Assembly (NCBI GenBank): GCA_964372275.1
Contig: CAYJRR010000014.1
Span: 1 to 49,420, forward strand
DNA length: 49,420 nucleotides
From: an uncultured bacterium
GTDB taxonomy: Bacteria; CAYJRR01
Direction: 5' to 3'
The notes under the pieces are model-generated. The model saw only the letters and a list, made by a program, of their open reading frames with translations, ran no database searches and was not told the DNA's origin. A program made the position numbers and the translations under genes. Positions 1 through 8,580 of the stretch are shown in pieces. Position 1 is the first letter of the stretch. Every line of letters starts with the position of its first letter.

Positions 1-728
1 GCCCTCTCGGCGAGGACGGTGAGGAGCAGGTTCGGGAGGCCGGCGTGCTCGCGGGTGCCGGCGCAGTATCCGACACGACGCACCGTCATCCGTCCGGAGC
101 CGTTGCCGGGTCGCGCCACGGCGGCGAGAAGCGCGGCACCGGTCGGCGTCACCAGCTCGACGTCGCGGTCGCCGCACTCCTCCCAGGTGAACCCCTCGAG
201 CAGCGCCATCGTCGCGGGCGCCGGCAGCGGCAGGGAACCATGGGCGGCGGCGATGCGCCCTCGGGTCAGCGGCAGCGGCGACACGGCCGCCTCGCCGGCC
301 TTGAGTCCCAGTCCTGCGTAGGCCACGGCGAAGCCGACGACGTCGGCCATCGCGTCGGCCGCACCGACCTCGTGGAAGTGGACGTCGTCGATCGAGGTCC
401 CGTGCAGCCGCGCTTCGACCGCGGCCAACCGTTCGAAGGCGTCGAGCGCGATCGCCTCCGCCTCGCGCCCCAGCGATGCCGCGTGGATCCGGTGCGCGAT
501 CTCGCGAAATCCCCGGTGGTCGTGCCCGCGCGGAGCGTCGACGCGGTATCGCGTGCCGGCGAGCCCGCCGCGAATCGTCCGCTCGGAACCGACCTCGACC
601 CCCGGGACCCCGAGCGCTCGCACCCGGGCAGCGACCTCCTCGACCGGGAACCCGAGGTCGAGGAGGCTGCCGACGGCCATGTCCCCCGAAATCCCGGTCG
701 GCGCGTCGAACCAGACGAACGCCGTCAT
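1..728 (-). CDS. larC: Nickel pincer cofactor biosynthesis protein LarC (3' end outside window; not in ORF track)
   Basis: Manual translation from ATG at 728: MTAFVWFDAPTGISGDMAVGSLLDLG...HFHEVGAADAMADVVG...AHGSLPLPAPATMALL, LarC signature segments; ATGA overlap with larB stop. Confidence 0.9.
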   Translation of the reverse strand, partial: MTAFVWFDAPTGISGDMAVGSLLDLGFPVEEVAARVRALGVPGVEVGSERTIRGGLAGTRYRVDAPRGHDHRGFREIAHRIHAASLGREAEAIALDAFERLAAVEARLHGTSIDDVHFHEVGAADAMADVVGFAVAYAGLGLKAGEAAVSPLPLTRGRIAAAHGSLPLPAPATMALLEGFTWEECGDRDVELVTPTGAALLAAVARPGNGSGRMTVRRVGYCAGTREHAGLPNLLLTVLAER

Positions 729-1477
729 CGGCCGTCCCGGTTGATCGTCGACGCCAGCACCGCCGCGCCGAATCCGTTGTCGATGTTCACCACCCCGACG
801 CCGGGCGCGCAGGAGCCGAGCATCGCCAGGAGCGCCGCCAGCCCGCCGAAGTTGGCGCCGTATCCGACGCTGGTCGGGACGGCGATGACGGGTCTGGAGA
901 CGAGCCCCCCGAGCACGCTGGCCAGCGCCCCCTCCATCCCGGCGACGGCGATCAGCACCGCCGATCGGTCGATCTCCTCGCGACGCGCCGCCAGGCGATG
1001 GAGGCCGGCGACGCCGACGTCCTCGTAACGAACGACGTCGTTCCCCAGGAACTCCGCCGTCACCGCCGCCTCCTCGGCCACCGGGCGGTCGGAGCTTCCG
1101 GCGGTCACGACGGCGATCGTCCCACGGCGCGGCCCGGCGGCGATGCGACCGGATCGGAACGTCCGCGATACCGGGTCGTAGACGCCGTCCGGGAACGACT
1201 CCGAAAGTTGGGCCGCCTTCGCCGTGTCGACACGGGTGGCGAGCGCCGCGCCGTTCGCCGCTCGCAGCGTGGCGAAGGCGTCGAGCAGCTGCCCGACCGT
1301 CTTGCGCTCGCCGAAAACGACCTCCGGCGTCCCCTGACGGAGCAGCCGGTGGGTGTCGAGCGTCGCGCCGCCGAGCGACCGGAAGGGGAGCGACTTCAGC
1401 GATTCGACCGCTTCGTCGACCCTGACGGCGCCGCCCCGGACGCCGTCCAACAGCCGGCGGAGCGTCGCCTCATCCAC
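725..1477 (-). CDS. larB: Nickel pincer cofactor biosynthesis protein LarB (PurE-like carboxylase)
   Basis: Motifs LDTHRLLRQGTPEVVFGERK, AGSSDRPVAEEA, DVGVAGLHRL, VAGMEGAL, PTSVGYGA, VVNIDNGFGAA. Confidence 0.95.
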   Translation of the reverse strand: MDEATLRRLLDGVRGGAVRVDEAVESLKSLPFRSLGGATLDTHRLLRQGTPEVVFGERKTVGQLLDAFATLRAANGAALATRVDTAKAAQLSESFPDGVYDPVSRTFRSGRIAAGPRRGTIAVVTAGSSDRPVAEEAAVTAEFLGNDVVRYEDVGVAGLHRLAARREEIDRSAVLIAVAGMEGALASVLGGLVSRPVIAVPTSVGYGANFGGLAALLAMLGSCAPGVGVVNIDNGFGAAVLASTINRDGR

Positions 1478-1504
1478 GGCGCGCCACCTTCATGCGGCGG
1501 GACG

Positions 1505-2398
1505 TCACCCGACGACCCGGTCCCTTCCGGCGCGTTTCGCCTCGTAAAGTCTCTCGTCGGCGGCCCGGACGATCCCGTCGGCGCTGTCGAAGTTCGATCC
1601 GTCGTAGGAGACGACTCCCACCGAGATCGTCACCGGGATGCGGCCGCCCTCCCACGGAACCGGCCGGTCGCGCACCGTCTTGCGGAGCCGCTCGCCGAAG
1701 CGAATCGCCGCCGAGCGATCCGCCTCGCGCAGCAAGCAGGCGAACTCCTCGCCGCCGTACCGGGCGAGCACGTCGCCGCCGCGAAGCGCCTTCATCACCG
1801 CGTCGGAGACGGCGCGGAGGACGGCGTCCCCCGCGCGGTGCCCGTGGGTGTCGTTGACCTTCTTGAAATGGTCGAGGTCGAACAGGAGGATTCCCAACGA
1901 CCGCTTGTGGCGCGCGCTGTGCTGGAACTCGGCGTGGAGCCTCTCGAGGAAGTAGCGCCGGTTGTAGACACCGGTGAGTCCGTCCTTGACGGCGCTGTCG
2001 TAGAGGTTCTGGTGGTAGCGCTCGTCGAGGGAATCCTGGACGGTGTACTTGAGCACCGTCGACCGCCCCATCTGGATCCGATCGCCGTCGTAGAGCGGAG
2101 CCTCCTCCACCCGGGATCCGTTGAGGTAGGTGCCGTTGGTGCTCCCCAGATCGACCACCTTCCTCCCGCCCGGAACCGACACGATCCGGGTGTGGTAGCG
2201 GCTGATCCCGTCGTCGTCGACCAGGATGTCCGACCGGCTTCCCCGCCCCAGAACGATCTCGTCCTTCTCCAGCCGGTACATCCGCCCGACCGTGGAGGAG
2301 CTCGGACTGTTCAGCACGATGAGGCAGGGGACCGGCCGGTTGACCGACGGCTCGAAGTCGATCACCTGCTCCTTGGTGGTGTCCTCGCGCTCGGGCAT
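1505..2398 (-). CDS. FHA-domain diguanylate cyclase
   Basis: FHA motifs (LGRG...ISRYH...DLGSTNGTYLNG); GGDEF domain (DGLTGVYNRR, DLDHFKKVNDTHGH, RYGGEEF) with RxxD I-site (RGGD). Confidence 0.93.
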   Translation of the reverse strand: MPEREDTTKEQVIDFEPSVNRPVPCLIVLNSPSSSTVGRMYRLEKDEIVLGRGSRSDILVDDDGISRYHTRIVSVPGGRKVVDLGSTNGTYLNGSRVEEAPLYDGDRIQMGRSTVLKYTVQDSLDERYHQNLYDSAVKDGLTGVYNRRYFLERLHAEFQHSARHKRSLGILLFDLDHFKKVNDTHGHRAGDAVLRAVSDAVMKALRGGDVLARYGGEEFACLLREADRSAAIRFGERLRKTVRDRPVPWEGGRIPVTISVGVVSYDGSNFDSADGIVRAADERLYEAKRAGRDRVVG

Positions 2399-2426
2399 GG
2401 GGGACGGCCGATCCTACCCCGGCCCA

Positions 2427-2472
2427 GGGGGTATGGGGGAGGCCCCCATCGGGGCGAGTGACTCTGCGAAGC
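2427..2472 (+). repeat. Double-hairpin dispersed repeat, copy A (divergent second half)
   Basis: GGGGGT-ATGGGGG-AGG-CCCCCAT, with GCGAAGC mini-hairpin at 2466-2472; intergenic. Confidence 0.65.
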
Positions 2473-2504
2473 TGCCACCGCTCGGGCGCCCCGAAGCGGC
2501 TCCG

Positions 2505-2870
2505 TTAGCGGGCCAACGCCCGGTCGACCACCTTCAACAACTCTTCGGGCCGGAGCGGCTTCTTCACGAAGTCGCAGGCGCCGGCGTCGAGCGCCTCCAT
2601 CACCAGCGCGTCCTGGCCGAGGGCGCTGAAGATCACGATCTTGGCGGCGCGATCGGAGGCGACGATGGCGCGGGTGGCGTCGAGTCCCCCCATCAACGGC
2701 ATCACCAGGTCCATCACCACCAGGTCGGGCTTGAGCGCGGCGTAGCGCTCGATCGCCTCCCGCCCGTTCGTCGCCTCCCCCACCACGTCGAAGCGGTTCG
2801 GCGAAAACACCTCCCGCAGCATCACCCTCGCGGTCGAGGAGTCGTCGACGATCAGGACACGGATGGGCAC
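2505..2870 (-). CDS. Single-domain CheY-like response regulator
   Basis: VLIVDDS, DLVVMDLVMPLMGG (phospho-Asp), FSA, FVKKP; 121 aa. Confidence 0.92.
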   Translation of the reverse strand: MPIRVLIVDDSSTARVMLREVFSPNRFDVVGEATNGREAIERYAALKPDLVVMDLVMPLMGGLDATRAIVASDRAAKIVIFSALGQDALVMEALDAGACDFVKKPLRPEELLKVVDRALAR

Positions 2871-2895
2871 CGCGATCTCCTCCCTTCGGAAGATT

Positions 2896-3930
2896 CTAGC
2901 GGAAGTGGGCCCATCCGCCTCGCTCGGGAGGCGGGAGGACCGTGCCGTCGGGACGGACGAGCGTGGTGCCCGGTCCCTCGACGACGCGGCCGATCACGGT
3001 GAGCGACGTTCCGGCCGAGCGACACAGCTCTCTCGCGCGCGCTTCGTCCCCGGGAGCGAGCGCGAGTAGAAGCTCCAGTTCTTCGCCTCCGGCCAGTGCG
3101 CATCGGACCGCGTCGGCGGGGGCGGCGGCGCGCAGCGCCCCCGAGATCGGAAGGGCTGCCACGTCGATGTGCGCCCCGACCCGGGAGCGGTCGCACAGAT
3201 GTCCGAGGTCGGCGAGCAGTCCGTCCGAGACGTCGATCATCGCCCGCGCGACCCTCTCCTCCCCGAGTCGCGCCCCTGCCTCCACCCGCGGAAGCGGCTC
3301 GAGGTGCGCCGCGATCAACGGATCGGCCCGATCGAGGGCGAGGAGTCCCGGTTCTCCACCCGGCACCGACGCCGCATCGGCGGCGCGGATACGCTCCAGT
3401 CCGGCCGCCGAATCGCCGAGCGTCCCCGTCACCGCGAGCAGGTCCCCCACCCGGGCTCCGCTCCGCCGGACGATCGACGATTCCGCTCCGGCGCCGAGCA
3501 CGGTCACCGCGATGGTGATCCCCGCGCCCGGCCCCACCCCGGAGAGATCGCCTCCGAGCACTTCCACTCCGAACCGCCCGCAGATCCCTGCCACCCCGTC
3601 GTAGAACGACTCGACCCACGCGATCTCGGTCGACGCCGGTGCCGCGAGCGCGATCAGCGCGCCGTGCGGCCTTGCCCCCATCGCGGCGACGTCCGACAGG
3701 CTCACCGCCACCGACTTCCAACCCACCGACCGCGCCGGGAGGGACGTCGTGAAGTCGACCCCTTCCACCAGCGCGTCGACTGTCGAGACGAGCAACTCCC
3801 CCGCGCGCGGCGGCCGCGACACCGCCGCGTCGTCGCCGATCCCCACCACCACCCGCGCCCCCGCCGCCGGGAGTCGCGCGCGGATGCGCTCGATCAACGG
3901 GAACTCACCGATCTCCGCCAGCGTCGCCAT
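2896..3930 (-). CDS. thiL: Thiamine-monophosphate kinase
   Basis: GEFPLIE, GIGDDAA, SLSDVAAMGARP, GGD, RSGARVGD, AMIDVSDGL, C-terminal GWAHF. Confidence 0.95.
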   Translation of the reverse strand: MATLAEIGEFPLIERIRARLPAAGARVVVGIGDDAAVSRPPRAGELLVSTVDALVEGVDFTTSLPARSVGWKSVAVSLSDVAAMGARPHGALIALAAPASTEIAWVESFYDGVAGICGRFGVEVLGGDLSGVGPGAGITIAVTVLGAGAESSIVRRSGARVGDLLAVTGTLGDSAAGLERIRAADAASVPGGEPGLLALDRADPLIAAHLEPLPRVEAGARLGEERVARAMIDVSDGLLADLGHLCDRSRVGAHIDVAALPISGALRAAAPADAVRCALAGGEELELLLALAPGDEARARELCRSAGTSLTVIGRVVEGPGTTLVRPDGTVLPPPERGGWAHFR

Positions 3931-3933
3931 CGT

Positions 3934-5034
3934 TCAGAACATGAAACGTCGCATGCCGATGTTGAGCAAGAGGCCGACGGCGACGAAGTTGCACAGGAGC
4001 GCGGAGCCGCCGTAGGAGAAGAACGGGAGGGTGATGCCGGTGACCGGGAGCAGGCCGAGCGTCCCGCCGACGTTGACGAAGATCTGCCAGAAGAACATCG
4101 CCGCCAACCCGAAGGCGAGGATGCCGCCGAAGCGCTCCTTGCTGCGCCGCGAGGTGCGGATGGCGAAGTAGAGGAGGAGGAAGAAGAACCCCAACACCAC
4201 GAACGAGCCGACGAATCCCCACTCCTCGGCCAGCACCGAGAAGACGAAGTCGGTGTGGTGCGCGGGGAGGAATTTGAGCTTCGACTGCGTGCCGTTGTTC
4301 CAGCCGCGGCCGAACAGCTGCCCCGCGCCGATCGCGACCTTCGACTGCCACGCGTTGTAGCCCTTTCCTCGCGTATCGAGCTCGGGGTGGAGGAATGCCA
4401 GGATCCGGTCCTGCTGGTAGGAGCTGAACAGGAAGAAGTAGGCCAGCGGCAGCGCCAGCGCCGCCAGCCCCGCCCCCACCGCCAGCGTCAGGTTGTCGAT
4501 CCGCACGAACAGCAGGATCGCCCCCATCATCAGAAGCAGCAGCATCGCGCCGCCGAGATCGGGCTGCGCGGCCACCAGCCCGACCGGGACCGCAACCAGC
4601 GTCACGGGGACGGCCAACTCGGCTAGTCGGTATCCGCTCGGGCTCGGATGGTCGTGGAAGTACTTCGCCAGCACGATCACCAGCGCGATCTTGGCGAACT
4701 CGATCGGCTGGAAGTTGATCGGACCCAGCGCGAACCAGGCCTGCGAGCCGCCCTTCGAGACGCCGACGATCTTCACCAGTATCAGGAGCACCACCGCCAG
4801 CCCGTAGATCGGATAGGCGAGGCGCTCGAGGATGCGGTAGTCGACCAACGTCGCCAGCACCATCAGCCCCACTCCGGCGACGGCGTAGGCGCACTGCATC
4901 ACGAACCGGCGATCGACCCCCGCCGCCGGATCGTGGGTCGCGGAGTAGAGGTTGACCAGACCCATCCCGAGCAGGAGGAGCGTGGTGTAGACCAGCGCCC
5001 AGTCGAAGTGCTCGCGCAGACGCCGGTCGATCAC
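3934..5034 (-). CDS. rodA: Rod shape-determining SEDS protein RodA
   Basis: Multi-TM; FQPIEFAK, QPDLG, YQQDRI, FLPAHHTDFVF, PVTGITLPFFSYGGS; follows mrdA. Confidence 0.95.
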   Translation of the reverse strand: MIDRRLREHFDWALVYTTLLLLGMGLVNLYSATHDPAAGVDRRFVMQCAYAVAGVGLMVLATLVDYRILERLAYPIYGLAVVLLILVKIVGVSKGGSQAWFALGPINFQPIEFAKIALVIVLAKYFHDHPSPSGYRLAELAVPVTLVAVPVGLVAAQPDLGGAMLLLLMMGAILLFVRIDNLTLAVGAGLAALALPLAYFFLFSSYQQDRILAFLHPELDTRGKGYNAWQSKVAIGAGQLFGRGWNNGTQSKLKFLPAHHTDFVFSVLAEEWGFVGSFVVLGFFFLLLYFAIRTSRRSKERFGGILAFGLAAMFFWQIFVNVGGTLGLLPVTGITLPFFSYGGSALLCNFVAVGLLLNIGMRRFMF

Positions 5035-6995
5035 TCGATCGGTCCCTCCGGAGGCGGCGGGGGCGCGAGTCCGACCGCTTCCCCCTTCTCCCCCTTGACG
5101 GCGCGCGCGGCCGCGATCCGGTCACGGAACCAGTATTCGATCGCCGCCTTCGCCACCGGCGCGGCCGACGACGACCCGTGCTCGCCGTGCTCCACGATCA
5201 CGCCGACCGAGATCTCCGGGTCCTCGGCCGGCGCGTAGGCGCCGAACCAGGCATGGTCGAGGAACCGCCGCTCCTTCATCTTCTGGTTCCGTTCGCTCTG
5301 TTCCACCACCTGCGCGGTGCCGGTCTTCCCCGCGACGGTTAGCTCCGGGATCCGCGCCGTCCAGTAGGCCGTCCCCCCCGGTTCGTTGACGACCGCCACC
5401 AGCCCCTCGTGCAGCAGCCGCAGGTTCTCGGGCGAGATCTTCGCCTGCTGGGCCGCCTTCGGCGACTGCTCCCAGATCGTCTTCCCGTCCGGCGCGACCA
5501 CGCGCTCCACCAAGCGCGGTTCCATCACCCGGCCGCCGTTCGCGAGCGCCGCGTAGGAGACGGCGAGCTGCAGCGGCGTGATCAGGTCGTAGCCCTGTCC
5601 GATCGCGATCGAAAGGGTCTCCCCCTCGTGCCACTCCTGCCGGCGGGTGACGCGCTTCCACTCCTGGGTCGGGATCAATCCCCCCTTCTCGTTGTTGATC
5701 CCGATCCCGGTGGGGCTCCCCAATCCGAAGCTCTTGGCGTACTCCGCCAGACGGTCGACGCCGACGCGGAGCCCGACGTTGTAGAAGTAGACGTCGCAGC
5801 TCTGCTGGATCGCCTTCTTCAAGGCGACCGTTCCGTGTCCCTTCTTGTTCCAGCAGCGGAAGGGCCGGTTGCCGAAATGGAACTGGCCGGTGCAATGGAA
5901 CGTCGTGCGGTCGTTGACGACGCCGAGGCCCAGGCCCGCGGCGGCGGTGAACAGCTTGTAGGTCGAACCCGGCGGGTACATCCCGCGGATCGCCTTGTCC
6001 TCCAACGGATGGTCGGGATGGCTGGAGAGCGCCTCCCACTCGGCCGAGGTGATCCCCCGGGCGAAGATCTCCGGATCGAACGTCGGATTGTTGAACATCG
6101 CGCGGACGAGACCGGTCTTCACCTCCATCACCACCACCGCGCCGGCCTGGTCCTTGAACGCCTTGGCGATCTGCTGCTGAAGTCCCAGGTCGATCGAGAG
6201 CACCAGGTTGTTGCCGGGGACCTCTTCGCGCCCCTGGAGCGCCAGATTCTTGAAGTCGGCGAGGAGCTTCATCGCCTCTTCGAACGACAGCTCGCGACCG
6301 AGCCGATCCTTCGCCGCGATCCGCTTTCCGTCCCTTCCCTTGAGTTGCGATTCCCACTTCTGCTCGACGCCGTACTTTCCCCAGAAGTGCCCGCGCACGT
6401 AGTAGTCGGGCCCGTGCGTCTGGGCGAACTTGGCCTGGAGATCGGCGAGCTCCCGCTCGCTGACCTCCCCCAGGTAGCCGATCGGATGGGCGAAGAGGTT
6501 TCCGTAGACGTAGGTCCGCTTCACGCCGGTCTCGATCTCCACTCCGACCAGGTCGTTCCGGTAGGTCTCGATCGCCGCCACCTCCGGCCAGGAGAGATCG
6601 CTTTTGATCCGCGCCGGTTGGTAGGGGGAGTACTTCCGGCCGGCCTCGAAGGCGGCGCGGATCTGCTTCGCCGGCATGTCGATCAACCGGGAGAGCTGCT
6701 CGACCAGGGCGTCGACGTCTCGCACGTGGGAGGGGGTGACCTTCAAGTCGAACGACGCGCGGTTGTCGGCGAGCCGCTTCCCGCTGGTGTCGAGGATCAT
6801 TCCGCGCGGCGCGGGAAGCGGACGGCGGACGGTGGCGATGTTGGCGGCGTAGTCGCGGTACTCGCGCCCCTTGAACAGCTGCAGCTGCCACAACCGCAGG
6901 ACGAAGGCGGCGAAGACGGCGCCGAACGCGAGCAGCGCCACGTTGAGCGGCACGTTGAACTCGCGCATCTCCTGCTTGTTGGAAAGGAACGACAT
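5031..6995 (-). CDS. mrdA: Penicillin-binding protein 2
   Basis: Start reassigned to ATG 6995 (MSFLSNKQE); TM anchor, APRGMILD, PPGSTYK (SxxK), SCDVYFY, GKTGTAQ. Confidence 0.95.
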   Translation of the reverse strand: MSFLSNKQEMREFNVPLNVALLAFGAVFAAFVLRLWQLQLFKGREYRDYAANIATVRRPLPAPRGMILDTSGKRLADNRASFDLKVTPSHVRDVDALVEQLSRLIDMPAKQIRAAFEAGRKYSPYQPARIKSDLSWPEVAAIETYRNDLVGVEIETGVKRTYVYGNLFAHPIGYLGEVSERELADLQAKFAQTHGPDYYVRGHFWGKYGVEQKWESQLKGRDGKRIAAKDRLGRELSFEEAMKLLADFKNLALQGREEVPGNNLVLSIDLGLQQQIAKAFKDQAGAVVVMEVKTGLVRAMFNNPTFDPEIFARGITSAEWEALSSHPDHPLEDKAIRGMYPPGSTYKLFTAAAGLGLGVVNDRTTFHCTGQFHFGNRPFRCWNKKGHGTVALKKAIQQSCDVYFYNVGLRVGVDRLAEYAKSFGLGSPTGIGINNEKGGLIPTQEWKRVTRRQEWHEGETLSIAIGQGYDLITPLQLAVSYAALANGGRVMEPRLVERVVAPDGKTIWEQSPKAAQQAKISPENLRLLHEGLVAVVNEPGGTAYWTARIPELTVAGKTGTAQVVEQSERNQKMKERRFLDHAWFGAYAPAEDPEISVGVIVEHGEHGSSSAAPVAKAAIEYWFRDRIAAARAVKGEKGEAVGLAPPPPPEGPIE

Positions 6996-7000
6996 GGCGC

Positions 7001-7528
7001 CTAGAGGGAGAGCCGCCGGTCGAGGTGGAGATCGCGCCCCGATTCGATCGCCCGGCAGAACCGGAACAGCGGCATCGAGAACAGCACGTTCACCGTGGCG
7101 ATCAGCCCCAGGAAGGCCCAACGGATCGGAATCGCGGGCGACGGGTCCGACTCGTCGACGGCGCGGCCGTATCCGACCATCAACGTGGCCGCCACGCCGA
7201 ACAGGAGGGTCAGCGCGAAGACGACCAGCGACGGAAATCCGGTCCCGCTGAAGTAGAAGATCCGGGCCGAGCCCGCCGCGAGGTAGAAGAAGGCCAGGTA
7301 GAGGAGCAGGAACGTCCCGTTGGGGAGCGCCGAGAAGTGGTCGGCGAGGAAGCCCATCGCCAGTACGGGCGGCGTGGCGTCGAGCGTCGGCCGGTGCAAC
7401 CCCAGGTGGATGACGATCAGCAGCGCCAGGTCCGGCTTGATCGTATCGGCCGACAGGCGCGAGAAGAGCGTCGACTGGAGGACCAATCCGGCCAACGCGA
7501 TCAGGACGTGCGGTCCGTAGCGGATCAT
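7001..7528 (-). CDS. mreD: Rod shape-determining protein MreD
   Basis: 175-aa hydrophobic protein from ATG 7528 with IKPDLALLIVIHLGL motif; lies between mreC and mrdA. Confidence 0.8.
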   Translation of the reverse strand: MIRYGPHVLIALAGLVLQSTLFSRLSADTIKPDLALLIVIHLGLHRPTLDATPPVLAMGFLADHFSALPNGTFLLLYLAFFYLAAGSARIFYFSGTGFPSLVVFALTLLFGVAATLMVGYGRAVDESDPSPAIPIRWAFLGLIATVNVLFSMPLFRFCRAIESGRDLHLDRRLSL

Positions 7529-7539
7529 GCGTCGACCCT

Positions 7540-8457
7540 CTAGGGGTTGGGCCCGGCCCCCTCGGACGGGCGCTTGGCGATCGGCTGCGGCGCCTCGCCG
7601 CGGGAGTCCGCAACCGGCTCGTCGGCTTGCGACGACGTCGGCGCGTCGAGAAGCACCATCACCTCCTCGGGAAGGCGCCGGAGGTCGACCGCCGGCGCGA
7701 CCCGAACGTTCTGGAGCACGCCGTACTCCTTGCGCTCGACCTGCGTCACCGTCCCGACCGGCAGGCCCGGCGGGAAGATCCCCCCCAGGCCGGAGGTCAC
7801 CACGACGTCGCCGGGCATCACGTCCTCCGATCGGGCGACGTACTTCAGGTGACAAAGCCCGCGGCCCAATCCTTCGAGCACCCCTTGCGCGCGCGTCCGC
7901 TGGACGCGCACCGGCACGGCGCTTCGTCCGTCCGCGATCAGCTGCACGTCGGAGTGGAAAGTCGATACCTCGGCGACGCGCCCCAGGACGCCGCCCGGCG
8001 TCACCACCGCCATGTTCCGGCGCACGCCATGGCGTTTTCCCCGATTGATGCGAACACTCTTCGAGAAGCTGGCCGAATCCGAGCCGATGACCCGGGCCGA
8101 CACGATCTCGCCGGGGGTCTCGCGCTCGAACTGGAGCATCTTGCGGAGCCGCTCGTTCTCGACCTGCGTCTCCCAGGTGAACGCCAGCGTGCCCCGCAGC
8201 TCCTCGTTCTCCCTCGCCAGCGCGTCGTACGACTCGCGCAGATGGACGAAATAGAAGTATCCGTACCAGACCGACTCGATTCCGCTCAGGAGCCAGCTGA
8301 CCGCGGTCTGCAACGGCGCCGTGACCGTCACCACCGTTCGATCCAGGAAGTTACGCTCCTTCTCCTCTTTGGAGTTGCTGTTCCAGGAAAGGAGCGCGAA
8401 CGCGACCAGCGCACAGGCCACGACGAGCTTGCGCCACGTCTTGAGAAACTGGAGCAT
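7540..8457 (-). CDS. mreC: Rod shape-determining protein MreC
   Basis: TM + coiled coil (ENERLRKML), INRGKRHGV, GVLGRV, GDVVVTSGLGGIFPPGLPVG. Confidence 0.95.
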   Translation of the reverse strand: MLQFLKTWRKLVVACALVAFALLSWNSNSKEEKERNFLDRTVVTVTAPLQTAVSWLLSGIESVWYGYFYFVHLRESYDALARENEELRGTLAFTWETQVENERLRKMLQFERETPGEIVSARVIGSDSASFSKSVRINRGKRHGVRRNMAVVTPGGVLGRVAEVSTFHSDVQLIADGRSAVPVRVQRTRAQGVLEGLGRGLCHLKYVARSEDVMPGDVVVTSGLGGIFPPGLPVGTVTQVERKEYGVLQNVRVAPAVDLRRLPEEVMVLLDAPTSSQADEPVADSRGEAPQPIAKRPSEGAGPNP

Positions 8458-8540
8458 CCGCGGGTGACCGCCCGGTCCTCAACGTAGCAGGCAACCCCGC
8501 GAACGACAATCCGTTTTCCGCGTTTCGGCGGGCGCAAACG

Positions 8541-8570
8541 TTGCCGCAAGCGTTCGACCGGCCGTAGGAT
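8541..8570 (+). promoter_or_regulatory. Possible sigma70-type promoter for the channel gene
   Basis: TTGCCG-N18-TAGGAT ending 10 nt before the GTG at 8581. Confidence 0.35.
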
Positions 8571-8580
8571 TCTCCACGTC

